Shown here: positions 23,843 through 38,650 of the stretch, in pieces
Position numbering within the stretch: position 1 is the stretch's first letter
How the letters are laid out: each line of letters starts with the position of its first letter
Assembly: GCF_009914755.1 (NCBI RefSeq)
Contig: NC_060929.1
Direction: 5' to 3' (one strand)
Source: the human T2T-CHM13v2.0 reference genome, Homo sapiens
Length of the DNA: 64,000 nt
Position numbers and translations under genes: made by a program
Notes under the pieces: generated by a model
Told to the model about the DNA's origin: nothing
The model's input: only the letters and a program-made list of their open reading frames with translations
The model's database searches: none

Positions 23843-24278
23843 TGTGATGGTTAATACTGAGTGTCAACTTGATTGGATTGAAGGATGCAAAGTATTGTTA
23901 CTGGGTGTGCCTGTGAGGGTGTTGCCAAAGGAGATTAGCATTTGAGTCAATGGGCTGGGGAAGGCAGGTTCACCCTTAATCTGGTGGGTGTAATCCAATC
24001 AGCTGCCAGTGAATATAAAGCAGGCAGAAAAACGTGAAAAGCAAGACTGGCCTAGTCTCCCAGCCTACATCTTTCTCCCATGTTAGATGCTTCCTGCTGT
24101 CAAGCATCGGACTCCAAGTTCTTCAGTTTTGAGAGTCGGACTGGCTCTTCTTGCTCTTCAAGCTCACAGACAGCCTATTGTGGGACCTTGTGATCATGTA
24201 AGTTAATACTTAATAAACTCTCACATATATATATATAGCCTATTAGTTCTGTCCCTCTAGGGAACCCTGGCTAATACA
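23843..24278 (+). mobile_element. MLT2A1 solo LTR (ERVL), complete
   Basis: Termini TGTGATGGTTAATACTGAGTGTCAACTTG...CTAATACA. 5 bp TSD AAATT at 23838-23842 and 24279-24283. gaatataaagcaggcagaaaaacgtg is the MLT2A1-type motif. Confidence 0.93.
23991..24203 (+). promoter_or_regulatory. Candidate MLT2A1 promoter cassette: DUX4-type motif, TATA-like box, splice donor
   Basis: TAATCCAATCA at 23991-24001 (fits TAAYYYAATCA), ATATAAA just downstream, CAT/GTAAGT at 24198-24203. A mirrored cassette lies at 13232-13444 on the minus strand. Confidence 0.5.
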
Positions 24279-25954
24279 AAATTCAACATCCATTCATGTT
24301 AAAAACTCTCAATAAACTAGGTATTGAAGGAACATACCTCAAAATAATAAGAGCCATCTATGAAAAACCCACAGCCAACATTATATATATATATATACCT
24401 CTATAAAATGGTAGTTGGGTTAGCCAATTGTACTGAATGCTTGACTTCTTGTCTACTTCATTCCATGAATAGGACAGGCCCTTCTCCCAAATTTCCCAAA
24501 GTATAATAAAGCTTAGGCTATAACTTTTAAAACATAGCTCTTTATTTTGAAATACAGTCATGAGTTGCTTAATGACTGACTGTACTGAAATCTGTCTGAA
24601 GAAAAATTGTGTTAACAGAGTATGAGGTGAATAGGCTAGAGAGTGAGGAGTTAGTGAGTAAGAATTTATTTAGTGTTCAGCAGCAGTGCTGAAGATCTTG
24701 AATATACTGCACTCTGAGTGTTTGCACTTTGGCCTCTATGGTTTTGATAGCTCTCATTGTCTCCATAACAGGAAAATGAATTAATGTGGAGTGAGGGGAG
24801 AACATGTTGATTTCTTCAGATCAAATGAACAGCTTCATTTTCAAGCTCATTAAGCATTCTCCCATTCCTTTGTGAGTCTTCTTCAGCTCAATAAAGAAGG
24901 AAACCCATCCTGAAGTGCACCAGCACTATGAGTATTGATTTGTTGTCTAATAACTAAAGCGGATTTTACTTATTTGTCAGTGAGATTCAAAATGACCAAC
25001 AGTGAGGAATAACATCTGCTAGTTTTCTCACCATTCAAAGTATACTCAATAACAACGACAAAATAATAGCATTCAGCTTATCTCCATTCCTCTCTCACTC
25101 TTCTCCAGATATTTGACAGGCTAAGTAATTGGTCACTTTTATATTTCAATGTGATTTATAATAGCAATATAGTTTCTGACTTGGGAAAAGTAGATATTGA
25201 TTTATGACTTAAAAATGTTAAAACATTGATGTGCCAAAAACAGGTTGAATAACAAATGAATCATCAAGACTGACTAGGAATTCTGGATGTATTTAATTGG
25301 ATATGGAATACCAAGAGGTCTTTGATAGTGATCAGAAGACAACAAGGAGAAGGAAGAGGTCCAAGTCTCACCGTTCACTCTTGGTTCTAATGAATGAGGC
25401 TGGATGAAGCACTTCACCTTTTTTACATCGTGGTCTTTTCATCAATAAAACACAATGTGAAGACTGTCTCTGACCTTCTGAGTAAGGATTTCTTGGCAGT
25501 GCTGAACCCAAAATGTTCCAAGGACTTAATTCAAGAAAGATGGGCTCGGATTGCTTGGGAATATGCTACATTATTAACAGTGGTGGTATCGGGTGATTTT
25601 TATTTCCTGTAGTTGCCAAAATTTCTGCCATGAATAAATATTGGTATTATAATTAGGAAAAATTAATACATATAATTTAGACAAGAAAAATGGATTCAAG
25701 CCTCACCAGTGAGCATCATTATGTCTAGAAAGGCATGTGAGTGCACAACATTGCAGAAAGAGGACAATCTGGAGCCCAGAGGAGGGTGTCTGATGTTTGC
25801 TCTTTGCAGCCCTTCAGACCCAATTGCAGGCTGATTCCCTCCCTGTCCTGATACCCTTCCTTCTTTTCTTTCCTACGTTCTCCCTTTCTCCACATGCCCA
25901 CTTTCATTTCTCTAGTGGGGTAAAGGCTGGGGGAGTCATTGTTTTTGGCTGAGA

Positions 25955-26410
25955 TATGCTAAATAATGGCCCCCAAAGATATCCAGATCTTAATTCCTGG
26001 AAACTATAAATGTAACTGTATAGGGAAAAATTGATTTTGCAGCTATGATTATGGATATTGAGATGGGGAGGTTTATCCTGGATTCTCTAGGTGGACCCTA
26101 AATGTAATGACAAGTATTCTTAGAAGAGGGAGGCAGAGAGAAATTGGACCAGAAGTAGACAATGTGAAGGCTGAAACAGGATGCTACTCTGTGACTTTGA
26201 AGATGGATAAAGGGGCCTTGAGCTAAGGGAAGCAAGGAATGCAATCTAGAAGCTGGAAAGGGATTCTTTCCTAAAGCCTCTGGAGGGAGTGTGGCCCTGC
26301 TAACACCTTGATTTTTCAGCCCAGTGAAATTGATTTTGGACTCCTGACCTCCAGAAGTGTAAACTATAAGAGAACACATGTGTGTTTCCTTAAGCCATCA
26401 AGTTTGGAAT
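25955..26410 (+). mobile_element. MLT1D-like MaLR LTR
   Basis: aataatggcccccaaagatatcc...gagatggggaggtttatcctggatt...tggccctgctaacaccttgattt...taagcca. Confidence 0.8.
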
Positions 26411-28603
26411 GGGCAATACAGGTTCTTGGAGTCAGCAGCTTCCTTAGGCCCTCCATTGCAGCAGGAACACCCATAACACAAGCAAACCTTTCTATTGCTA
26501 GTAAGGATCAATTTTCCTGGCTTATCAATTTTACTAAAAGTCTTCTAACTATGTAGGAAGGAATGAGACAGCTGAAGGGGAATAAAAACCCTACCAGGCC
26601 ACAGCATAGGCTGGACACTTTCCACCCAATGCCTTGCTTCTATACGTTAATGCTTGTTCTGGCCCCGTTTCTCAGCCTGGTTAGGGAGATGTGTAACTGT
26701 CCAATCTGCTCTAGTTGGCAGGCTGGCAACATGCAGACTGTCAATTCCTGGACAGCCCTCTCTAGTAGAACCTCTTAGGGCAAGTTTGTTGTCAAGTATT
26801 TATTCCGATTCTCTGTCAGTGCAAGATGTTATAATTGATCACAGTATTTTTCCCTACTAAGATGGACCTTGTGCACTGAATGCCTTTCCCTACAGAGCTC
26901 CCAATGGCTACTGCCACAAGAGGGAAGATCAGGAGGTTTTCCTTCCCAGCTCCAGAGTCTGCCAGTGCTGAGAGCACTCACGACAATTCCAGGCAGACCA
27001 CATTCCCTCCACCAGGCAGTGGACTGAAATGACCTGATTATATTTATAGATGTTTTTTTCCTTTTAAAAAAGACTCCTTCGGTGTCTTGTCTATGACTCA
27101 TGAATAGCATCCCTGGAAAATCTTAATTATATGAAACTTCAAACTGTGAGGACTAATTAGCTGTAAGTGTTAATTGTTCTGCACTCATCAGAGAAAGAGG
27201 TGTTATAGAAATAAAGATTTTTAGCTGTTTTTTGTTAAAGTTGCAAACAAGTTATTTAAGATTCATTCTCTTTGTTGGTTAGTTTTTCCATGTTGGATAT
27301 CAAATATTATTGTGTGCCGCTCTGTCTACTCTGTTGAGTACCTTCCCTCTCAACTTTGAGTCACATCAAATTCTGATTTGATTTCTACCTAAGGTATCCA
27401 GTGTCCTGCCTGTGCCTATGATGGCCTCCAGATCAGCACTGCGTCTCCTCATCCAGTTGTGTCGCTATCCCCACTGGCCTTCAAGGTCATGGGACATTCG
27501 TTACCTCTACTAGATCCCCAGGAGCCCAGAAAATGAACTCTTTGGAGTCTCTGGATGCCTGTAGCCATGCCTTCTTGATCTCTACAGAGGAACTTGAACT
27601 TCACTAAAATAGGTTTGATTCACTTGAAGGGAAGACACAGTTTATGAGCTAGGCTTTCCGTTTTGGTGAATTCAAGGTTAGCAGAGCTGGCTTAATTGAA
27701 TTTCTTTTCTGCCTCTACATTTTAATGCATTTCCTTTGTACGTAAGTAGTTTAGACATTAGTGTATTTTGCAAGTACCTATGAGACAAAAATTTTAAATG
27801 GGAGCATGCTTTCCACATTTGGAATTGGTTCACTGCACCTGGTATATTCCTAGAAGTCACAAAATGGCATTCATATGTTTTGGACAACTTTTCTCAGTAC
27901 CTACTATTTGCACCCTAATAGCCACTATTCCAGAGAAAACTAGAGTAATTCTGGAAACTGTAGTCATCAGATAATTAAATCTGTATGCATAAAGGAAAAG
28001 CTGACATCTCAGTTTTAAAGAGAAAAATTTCTTGACAGGTTGACTGCTACTGTTGAGACCTCTTTTATTATTGTTCTTAAAGATCTAAGTTTTAACTTGA
28101 TGGGAAGAGTGAACCCACATAGTTTTGGGAGAAATGCACAGAACAGGATGGCTATGGGTAAATTTACTAAAAATATCCCTGACTGTTTTTAAAGGAAGCA
28201 TGTCATGTTCTGTATATTTGCATATAGAGAATATATGTATATTCTTAAAATGTTACATGGAAGCAACTGGCTTTTCTCAGCAAGGAAAAGAAATTGCCGA
28301 CCTTTGATGTTTAACAACATGATTTCCTCTCTGTATGATCTGGTAGGACCCCAGTGCCATTAGGTTCATTTCTTTTCCTGCTCCAGATTGCTACCATTCC
28401 AAGGCATGGATCCTACTCTGAATTTTTTTTTGTCGGTCTTGGCTGTGTGCAAATCAACACAGCTCTGAAATCCCACTCTTCTGGATAATATTATGAAATC
28501 TCTATTTGTATAACCAACTTTTGGCCACATCTGCTTTTCTGGTAATGGGCTTATTTCTGATACATTGCCTGCTGCAACTAAACATCCTTCAAATTTCACT
28601 TTT

Positions 28604-28908
28604 TTTTTTTTTTTTTTTTTCCTGAGATGGAGTCTCACTCTGTCGGCCAGGCTGAAGTGCAGTGGTGCGATCTCAGCTCACTGCAACCTCTGCCTCCCAC
28701 ATTCAAGTGATCCTCCTGCCTCAACCTCCTGAGTAGCTGGGATTACAGGTGCACGCCATCACACCTGGCTAATTTTTTTTGTATTTTTAGTAGAGATGGG
28801 GATTCACCATGTTGGCCAGGCTGGTCTTGAACTCCTGACCTCAAGTGATCTGCCTGCTTCAGCCTCCCAAAGTGCTGGGATTACAGGCATCAGCCACCAT
28901 GCCCAGCC
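28604..28908 (-). mobile_element. AluS (Sz/Sx-like)
   Basis: Reverse Alu dimer with TSD AAATTTCACTTTT (28591-28603, 28909-28921). Confidence 0.95.
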
Positions 28909-29248
28909 AAATTTCACTTTTGATTCTATTCTATTGATTTATCCTAGGCTGCACTGGGGAACTTTCATCAGTTGAAAGTCTCCTTTCTGTCCTTTTGGCT
29001 CATCCTTGCCCATCATCTTCCACCATCACTAGCTGTGCTAAGATCGACACTTTAGATTGGGTTGACCAATTCAAGTGGCTCATCACTTTAAGGAGCGTGA
29101 GTCTGTCTGCAGGATGGTCCTTCAAATGAAGAACTGAGGGATGTATATTTTTGCAGTGCACACACAGCCATGAATCTTGTATGCATCTGGGACCTTGGAA
29201 CAAACAGCAACAATAATAATAGTGGTTATGATGGGAATGCTAGCTGCC

Positions 29249-29450
29249 TTAGGTCAGATTTCCCAAGATGGAGATTTGCATACAGGGGTTTATGAGGATG
29301 AGCTCTTGGGAACAATATTTATAAGGGAATGAGGGAAGCAGGATTGGGCAGAAGAAGAAGTTGGAATAAGATGCAATTGCAGTAGAAAAATCTGCCAATC
29401 CCACTGGGAGCTCAGGAGTTGTCCTGGTTGTAGCAAGGGAGCTGAGCATT
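29249..29450 (-). mobile_element. LTR16-like ERVL LTR fragment
   Basis: ggattgggcagaagaagaagttgg...atgcaattgcag...ccaatcccactgggagctc. Confidence 0.55.
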
Positions 29451-29474
29451 GATAGTCATTGTTTACTGGTTGGT

Positions 29475-29615
29475 TCCAACTACCCTGTGAGATGAATATT
29501 GTTATTGTTATTCCTATTTTACGATTGGGAAGCCAGGTCGAAGTGAAGTTAAGAAACTTGCCTAGTGGCAAATGACTAGTAAGTAGCAAAGGCAGATTTT
29601 GAATACAGAGCTCAA
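29475..29615 (-). mobile_element. MIR fragment
   Basis: aactaccctgtgagatg...ttcctattttac...gaagttaagaaacttgcctag...actagtaagtagcaaaggcagattttgaa (MIR core). Confidence 0.7.
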
Positions 29616-29718
29616 GTAAAGGGCCCATAATTGTAACACCTTTCTCTACTTGTCTTGTATTTAGTCTCCTGGAGACAATCACTTTCTTTTAAAAAATTCT
29701 GTATATTAAAGTGGTGAT

Positions 29719-32700
29719 TTTTTTAAGTTAAATTTTTTTAAATCTCCATAGGTTATTGGGGGAACAGGTGGTGTTTGGTTACATGAGTAAGTTCTGTAAT
29801 GGTGATGTGTGAGATTTTGTTGCACCCATCACCCAGGCAGTATATGCTGCACCCTATTTGTAGTCTTTTATCCCTCACCCCCTTTCCACCCTTTCCTCCT
29901 GAGTCCCCATAGCCCATTGTGTCATTCTTACGCCTTTGCATCCTCATAGCTTAGCTCCCAATTGTGAGTGAGAACATATGATGTTTGGTTTGGTTTTCCA
30001 TTCCGAGTTACTTCACTTAGAATAATAGTCTCCAGTCTCATCCAGGTCGCTGTGAATGCCATTAATTCATTCCCTTTTATGGCTGAGTAGTATTCCATCA
30101 CATATATATGATATATATGTCATATATATGAGATATATATGACATATATATCATATATATATCATATATATGATATATATATGATATATATATAAGGTAT
30201 ATATATGTGATATATATATGGTATATATATGTGATATATATATATAAGGTATGTGATATATATATATCTTACTGTTTCTTTATCCACTTGTTGATTGATG
30301 GGCATTTTGGTTGGTTCCACGATTTTGCAGTTGTGAATTGTGCTGCTAGAAACATGCGTGTGCAAGTATCTTTTTTGCGTAATGACTTCTTTTCCTCTGG
30401 GTAGATACCCACTAGTGGGATTGCTGGATCAAATGGTAGTTCCACTTTTAGTTCTTTAGGGAATCTCCACACTGCTTTCCATGGCAGTTGTACTAGTTTA
30501 CATTCCCAAAAATGGTGTAAAAATTTTTCCCTTTTCACCACATCTATGCCAATATCTACTTTTGATTTTTTGATTATGGTCATTCTTGCAGGAGTAAGGT
30601 GGTATGGCATTGTGATTTTGATTTGCATTTCCCCGATCATTAGTGTGAATGTTGAGCATTTTTGCAGATGTTTGCTGGCCATTTCATTTGTATATCTTCT
30701 TTTGAGAACTGTCTCTTCATGTCGTTAGGCCACTTTTTGATGGGATTGTTTAGGTTTTTTATTTTGTTTTTTTCATTTGTTTTTGTTTTTTGCTAATTTG
30801 TTTGAGTTCATTGTAGATTCCGGATATTAGTCCTTTGTCAGGTGTATAGATTATAAAGATTTTCTCCCACTCTGTGGGTTGTGTGTTTACTCTGCTGACG
30901 GTTCCTTTTGCCATTCAAAAGCTCTTTAGTTTAATTAAGTCCCAGCTACTTATCTTTGTTTTTATTGCATTTGCTTTTGTGTTCTTGGTCATGAAATCCT
31001 CACCTAAGCCTAAGCCAATGTCTAGAAGGGTTTTTCCAATGTTATCTTCCAGAATTTTTATAGTTTCAGGTCTTAGATTTAAGTCCTTGATCCATCTTGA
31101 GTTGATTTTTGTATAAGGTGAGAGATGAGGATCCAGTTTCAATTCTCCTACATGTGGCTAGCCAATTATTCCGGCACTATTTGTTGAACAGGGTGTCCTT
31201 TCCCCACTTTATGTTTTTGTTCGCTTTGTTGAAGATCAGTTGCCTGTAAGTATTTGGGTTTATTTCTGGGTTCTCCATTCTGTTCCATTGGTCATGGTGC
31301 CTATTTTTATACAGTCTCATGCTGTTTTGGTGACTATGGCCTTACAGTATAGTTTGAAATTAGGTAATGTGATGCCTCCAGGTTTATTCTTTTTGCTTAG
31401 TCTTGCTTTGGCTATGTGGGCTCTTTTTTGGTTCCATATTAATTTTAGAATTGTTTTTTCTAATTCTGTGAAGAATGATGGTGGTATTTTGATGGGAATT
31501 GCACTGAATTTGTAGATTGCTTTTGGCGGTATGGTCATTTTCACAGTATTCATTCTACCCATCCATGAGCATGGGATGTGTTTCCATTTGTTTGTGTCAT
31601 CTATGATTTCTTTCAGCAGTATTTTGTAGTTTTCCTTGTAGAGGTCTTTCCCCTCCTTGGTTAGGTGTATTCCTAAGTATGTTATTCTTTTTGCAGCTAT
31701 TGTAAGATGGGTTGTGTTCTTGATTTGATTCTCAGCTTGGTTGCTTTTGGTGTATAGAAGAGCTACTGATTTGTGTACATTTATTTTGTGTCCAGAAGCT
31801 TTGCTGAATTCTTTTATCAGATCTAGGAGCTTTCTGGAAGAGTCTTTAGGGTTTTCTAGGTAAACGATCATATCATCAGCAAATAGCGACAGTTTGATTT
31901 CCTCTTTGCTGATTTGGATGCCTTTAATTTCTTTCTCTTGTATGATTGTTCTGGCTAGGACTTCCAGTACTGTGTCGAAGAGGAGTGGTGAGAGTGGGCA
32001 TCTTTGTCTTGTTCCAGTTCTCAGAGGAAATGCTTTCAACTTTTCCTCATTCAGTATTATGTTGGCTGTGGGTGTGTCATAGATGCCTTTGATTACATTA
32101 AGGCATGTCCCTTGTATGCCCTTTTTTGCTGAGGGTTTTAATCATAAAGGGATGCTGGATTTTGTCAAATGCTTTTTCTTCATCTATTGAGATAATCATG
32201 TGATTTATGTTTTTAATTCTGTTTATGTGGTGTATCACATTTATTGACTTGCAGATGTTAAACCATCCCTGCATCCCTGGTATGAAACCCACTTGATCAT
32301 GATGGATTATCTTTTTGATATGTTCTTGGATTTGGTTAGCTAGTATTTTGTTAAGGATTTTAGCATCTATGTTCATCAGGGATATTGATCTGTAGTTTTC
32401 TTTTTTGGTTATGTCCTTTCCTGGTTTTGGTATTAGGGTGATATTGGCTTCATAGACTAGTATAGGGAGGATTCCCTCTTTATCTATCTTGTGGAATAGT
32501 GTCAATAGGATCGGTACCAATTCTTCTTTGAATGTCTGTTAGAATTCTGCTGTGAATCCATCTGGTCCTGGACTTTTTGTTTGTTGGTAATTTTTGAATT
32601 ACCATTTCAGTCTCACTGCTTGTTATTTGCCTGTTCAGGGTATCTAATTCTTCCTGATTTAAGCTAGAAGGGTTGTATCTTTCTAGGAATTTATCCATCT

Positions 32701-35700
32701 CCCCTAGGTTTTCTAGTTCATGTGCATAAAGGTGTTCATAGTAGCCTTGAATGATCTTTTGTATTTCTGTGGTGTCAGTTGTAATATCTCCTGTTTTGTT
32801 TCTAACTGAGTTTATTTGGATTTTCTCTCTTCTTTTGTTGGTTAATCTTGCTAATGGTCTATCAACTTTATCTTTTCAAAGAACCAGCTTTTAATTTCAT
32901 TTATCTTTTGTATTTTTTTCTTGTTTCAATTTCATCTAGTTCTGTTCTGATCTTGGTTATTTCCTTTCTTCTGCTGGGTTTGGTGTTGGTTTGTTCTTGT
33001 TTCTCTAGTTTCTTGAGGTGTAACCTTAGATTGTCTGTGCTCTTTCAGACTTTTTGATATAGGCATTTAGGGCTGTGAACTTTCCTTTGAGCATCACCTT
33101 TGCTGTATCCCAGAGGTTTTGATAGGTTGTGTCACTATTGTTGTTCAGTTTGAAGAATTTTTTAATTTTCATCTTGATTTCATTTTTGACCCAATGATCA
33201 TTCAGGAGCAGGTTATTTAATTTCCATGTATTTGCATGGTTTTGAAGGTTCCTTTTGGATTTCCAGTTTTATTCCACTGTGGTCTGAGAGAATGCTTGAT
33301 ATAATTTCAATTTTCTTAAATCTATTGAGGCTTGTTTTGTGGCCTATCATATGGTCTATCTTGGAGAAAGTTCCATGCACTGTTGAAGAGAATGTATGTT
33401 CTGTGGTTGTTGGGTAGAATGTTCTGTAAATATCTGTTAAGTTCATTTGTCCTGGGGTATAGTATAAATCCATTGTTTCTTTGTTGATTCTCTGTCTTGT
33501 GCTGATGACCTGTCTAGTGCTATCAGTGGAGTATTGAATTCTGTCACTAATATTGTGTTGCTGTCTATTTCATTTCTTAGGTCTATTAGTAATTGTTTTA
33601 TACACTTGGGAGCTCCAGTGTTAGATGCATATATATTTAGGACTGTGGACACGGCCTTTTATCATTATATAATAACGATTATTTTCCTGTTGGACAAGGC
33701 CTTTTATCATTATATAATATCCCTCTTTGTCTTTTTTAACTGGTGTTGCTTTAAAGTTTGTTTTATCTGATATAAGAATAGCTACTCCTGCTTGCTTTTG
33801 GTGTCCACTTGCATAGAATGTCTTTTTCCACCCCTTTACCTTAAGTTTATGTGAGTCCTTATGTGTTAGGTCTTTTGAAGGCAGCAGATAGTTGGTTGGT
33901 GAGTTCTTATCCATTCTGCAATTCTGCATCTTTTAAGTGGAGCATTTAAGCCATTTACATTCAACATTAGTACTGAGATGTGAGGTATCATTGCATTCAT
34001 TGTGCTATTTGTTGCCTGTATACCTTGGTTTTTTGTTTTTTCAACTGTATTTTTGTTTTATAGGTCCTGTGATATTTATGCTTTAAAGAGGTTCTGTTTT
34101 TATGTGTTTCCGGCATTTGTTTCAAGGTTTAGAGATCCTTTTAGCAGTTCTTGTAGTGGTGGCTTGGTAGTGGCAAATTCTCTCAGCAATTGTTTGTCTA
34201 AAAAGACTATCTTTCCTTCATTTATGAAGCTTAGTTTTGCTGTATACAAAACTCTCGGCTGATAATTGTTTTGTTTGAGAAGGCTGAATATAGGGCCTTA
34301 ATGCCTTTTAGCTTATAGGGTTTTTGCTAAGAAATCTGCTGTTAATCCGATAGGTTTTCATTTACAGGTTATGTTGTGCTTTTGCCTCACAGCTCTTAAG
34401 ATTCTTTCCTTTGTCTTAACTTTAGATAACCTGATGTCAATGTGCCTAGGTGATGATCTTTTTGTGCGATGAATTGCCCAGGTGTTCTTTGAGCTTCTTA
34501 TATTTGGATGTCTAGGTCTCTGGCAAGGCAAGGAAAGTTTTCCTTGATTATTCACTCAAATATGTTTTCCAAACTTTTAGATTTTTATTCTTCCTCAGGA
34601 ATGCCAATTATTCTTAGGTTTAGTCATCTAACACAATCCCAGACTTCTTGGAAGTTTTCTTCTTTGTTTTCGTATTCTTTTTTGTCTTTGTTGGATGGGG
34701 TTAATTTGAAGACCTTGTCTTTGAGCTCTGAGGTTTTTTCTTCTGTTTGTTTGATTCTATTGCTGAGACTTTCCAGAGCATTTTGCATTTCTGTAAGTGC
34801 GTCCATTGTTTCCTGAAGTTTTGATTGTTTTTATTTATGCTATCTATTTCATTGACTATTTCTCCCTTCACTTGTATCATTTTTTTGATTTCCTTAGATT
34901 GAGCTTCACCTTCCTCTGTTGCTTCCAGGATTAGCTTAACAACTAACATTCTGAATCTTTTTCAGGTAAATCAGGAATTTCTTCTTTGTTTGGATCTATT
35001 GCTGGTGAGCTAGTGTAGTTGTGGGGGTGTTAAGAACCTTGTTTTGTCATATTACCAGAGGTGGTTTTCTGGTTCCTTCTCATTTGGGTAGGTGCCATCA
35101 GAGGGAAGGTCCAGGATTCAAGGCTGTTCTTTAGATTCTTTCATCCCATGGGGTGTTCCCTTGATCTAGTAATCTCCTCCTTTTCCTAGGGATATGGCTT
35201 CTTAAGAGCCGAGCTGTAGTGATTGTTATCTGTCTTCTGGATCTAGCCACCCAGTAAGTCTACCAGGCTCTGGGCTGGTACTGGGCGTTGTGGGCACAGA
35301 GTCCCGGGATGTGAACCCTCTGTGGGTCTCTCGGCCGTGGGTACCAGCACCTGCTGCGATGGAGGTGGCAGGAGTGTGAAATGGACTCTATGAGGATTCT
35401 TAGCTTTGGTGGGTTAATGCTCTATTTTTTGTGCTGGTTGGCCTTCTGCCGTGATGTGGTGCTTTCAAGAGAGCATCAGCTGTGGCAGTATGAGGAGGAA
35501 CAGGTGGTAGGTGGGGCCCTATGACTCCCAAGAGTATATCCCCTTTGTCTTCAGTTACCTGGGTGGGTAGGGAAGGAGCATTAGGTAGGGGCAGGGCTAG
35601 GCATGTTTGAGCTCAGACTCTCCTTGGATGGGTCTTGTTGCAGCTCTTTTGGGGGATGGGGGTGAGGTTCCCTTGTCAATGGAGTTATGTTCCTAGGAAG

Positions 35701-36508
35701 ATTATGGCTGCCTCTACTGTGTCATGCAGGTTGTCAGGGAAGTAGGGGAAAACCAGCAGTCACAGGCATCACCCAGCTCCCATGCAACCCAAAGGGCCGG
35801 CCTCACTCCCACTGTGCCCCTGCACCAACAGCACTGAAACTGTTTTCAGGCAGTGGGTGAGCAGGGCTGAGAACTTGCCCCAGGCTACCAGCGTCCCAGC
35901 TGTGAAAGCAAGTAGGGCTTTTGTTTTTCCCCAACCTGTGGAGTCTGCACACTGGATTCATGCCCTCCCCCGAGTTCTGGCCAGGAGACTTCTTGATTGG
36001 TTTGAGTTGTTACAAAGTTCAACTGGAGATTTCTTCTCTCTGTGGCCTTTTCCCAGTGCCTCTCACCACCCTGCCCCACCAAGGACCCCTGTGAGGCAGG
36101 GCAGAAATGGCTTGCTAGGGACCCAGCGAGCCCACAGGACTGTTCCTGCTGCTTCTTCTACTCCTGTATTTTATTTGGTTCCCTAAATTGACTCAGATGG
36201 CAGGTAAGGTCAGAATATTCTCCTGTAATCTAAACCTTCAGTTTCCCCAGTGGGGGTGTGTGTTCTGGGGTGGATGATTTCCCTTTCCCACTTCCACAGT
36301 TTGGGTATTCACAGTATTTGAGGTGTCTCCTGAGTCTTACAGGAGCAATCTGCTTCCTTCAGTGGGTCTGTGGGTTCTCTTGGATATCCTAATGTATTCC
36401 TGCAATCGTTCTGGAGCAATAGTTCACAGTGTGAGCCTCTATATGCTGCTCTGTCTATATGAGCGGGAGGTGCATTCTAGTCCTGCCTCCTGTCCACTAT
36501 GATCCCAC
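29719..36508 (-). mobile_element. Full-length L1PB1-like element (L1PBa-type 5' UTR), disabled
   Basis: 5' end gggatcatagtggacaggaggcaggactag. ORF1 and ORF2 fragments in the track, L1PB 3' UTR. TSD TAAAGTGGTGAT at 29707-29718 and 36509-36520. Confidence 0.93.
30100..30268. repeat. AT-rich (TA)n-derived quasi-palindromic low-complexity tract inside L1PB
   Basis: catatatatgatatatatgtcatatatatgagatatatatgacatatata... Confidence 0.9.
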
Positions 36509-37202
36509 TAAAGTGGTGATGTTAATAGTACATCCTCATCCTCCCTGATAAAATATTGGTATATATGGGATTAAGTATAGATTTATTTGCTTAATTCTCC
36601 CAGTAGCCTTTTACAGTTAGCAGCTTGTCAGTACATGCTGCTATGATGTATTAGCTGTGCAGGGGAGAAAAAAATTATACTTTTGTGTTCCCTCAAAGAT
36701 AAGTGCTGTCTCCACACAATTATAGAAGATTGTTGTTCATCTCCAAGAAGGCATGAACCATGGAAACTGAATTTCCACCTAATCCTCACAATGGAGCTGT
36801 TCTGCAGCAATGAGATTCTGTGTAATTGAAGACTTGCCTATTCTCAAAGTTTAAAAAAAATGTCATTGGAACTCTTATTTATTGCAGATGTGAAAATGGT
36901 ATGGCCTCCTTGGAAGATAGTTTGGCAGTTTCTTACAAAGCTGAACATAGTCTTACCATATAATGCAGAAATAATGCTCTCAGATATTTAACCAAATGAG
37001 TTGAAAACTTATGTCTATACAAAAACCTTCACATGAATGTTTATAACAGCTTTATTCATAATCTCTAAAAAACGTGGCACAACTAAGATATTCTTCAACA
37101 GGTGAATGCATAAACAAACTGGTACATTCATGCAATGGAATATTATCTAGTGAAAAAACAGAAATGAACTCTCAAGGCACAAAAAGACATAGAAGAAACT
37201 TA

Positions 37203-37550
<348 letters not shown>

Positions 37551-38650
37551 CTACATGCTTTGTGATTCCAACATGACACTCTGGAAAGGCAAAAGTAAAA
37601 AGATCAGTGTTTGCCAGGGATTTGAGGGGAGTGAGGAAGGATAAATAGGTCAAGTACAGGAGATTTTAGGATGGTACAAATATACTGTATGATACTGCAA
37701 TAGTGTATATTACACATTTGTCAAAACAAATAGAACTTTATGGCAAAAGAGAAAACTTTAATATATGTAAATTGAAAAAAACCATTTAGGAGGTCAAGGA
37801 GACCCAGTGTGGAATGCAGACTGTGACAAGAGAATCTAAATGTATCACAAATGTTTAAAATAACTTTACTGGAATGGGAAGTGTTGGGGGAAAGTGCAGA
37901 CCTAATTTTGGAAGTGAGAGGAAGCTATAGGACTAAAGGCAAAAGGAACTGTATATAAACACTGTACTCTAGTTGATAAAGTGGTGTCTCAGAGAGATAC
38001 AGGTTAACAATTTTGTTACTGCTATACTTGTATACTGGAATTTAACAATTACGTATCTCATATGCAGAAAATTCCAAATAATTTATGTAGGTACTTTGCC
38101 CTAAAAGAGAGGGAGGGAGCATAACACCCCAATCCTTAAGTGTGGGCTGTGCATAGCAACTTGCTTCCAAAGAATGCAGTACCAAAAGGGGTGGGGATAA
38201 AGAGTAACTTTACAATGGAGAAGCCTGACAGACACTACTTCAGGCAGGTGATGAAGGTCAACATCAACGGTCATAAATCATGTTGATATTGTATACCCTT
38301 GATATGATGTGATGAGAATGGCACTTCACTTCTGTGACCTTTCTTCCCAAAAGTCTACTCATGAGAAAAACATCAGACAAATAAAGGGAAATCCTGCAAT
38401 TTACCTGACCAGTACTCCTCAAAACTGTCAAGGATGTCAAAAACAAGGAAAGTCTCAGAAACTATCATAGCTAAGAGGGTCTAAGGAGACATGACCACTG
38501 AATATAATGTGGTATCTTGGATGGGATCCTGGAACAGAAAGAGGACATTAAGTAAAACTAAGGAAATCTGAATAAACACTGAGTTTTAGTTAATAATATT
38601 GTCTCCATATATGTTCATTGATTGTAACAAATATACACATTAATGTAGCA

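Larger units (their letters stand above)
23416..24384 (+). mobile_element. L1PA ORF2 fragment carrying a complete MLT2A1 LTR; 5' part of the L1 at 11150-13047, now inverted
   Basis: L1 at 23416-23842 and 24279-24384, contiguous across the LTR. Confidence 0.9.

Noticed and set aside
27505-27582. Possible minus-strand exon (ctctgtag ... GAG/gtaacg)
   Set aside because: Splice signals alone are common. No recognisable protein and no partner exons.
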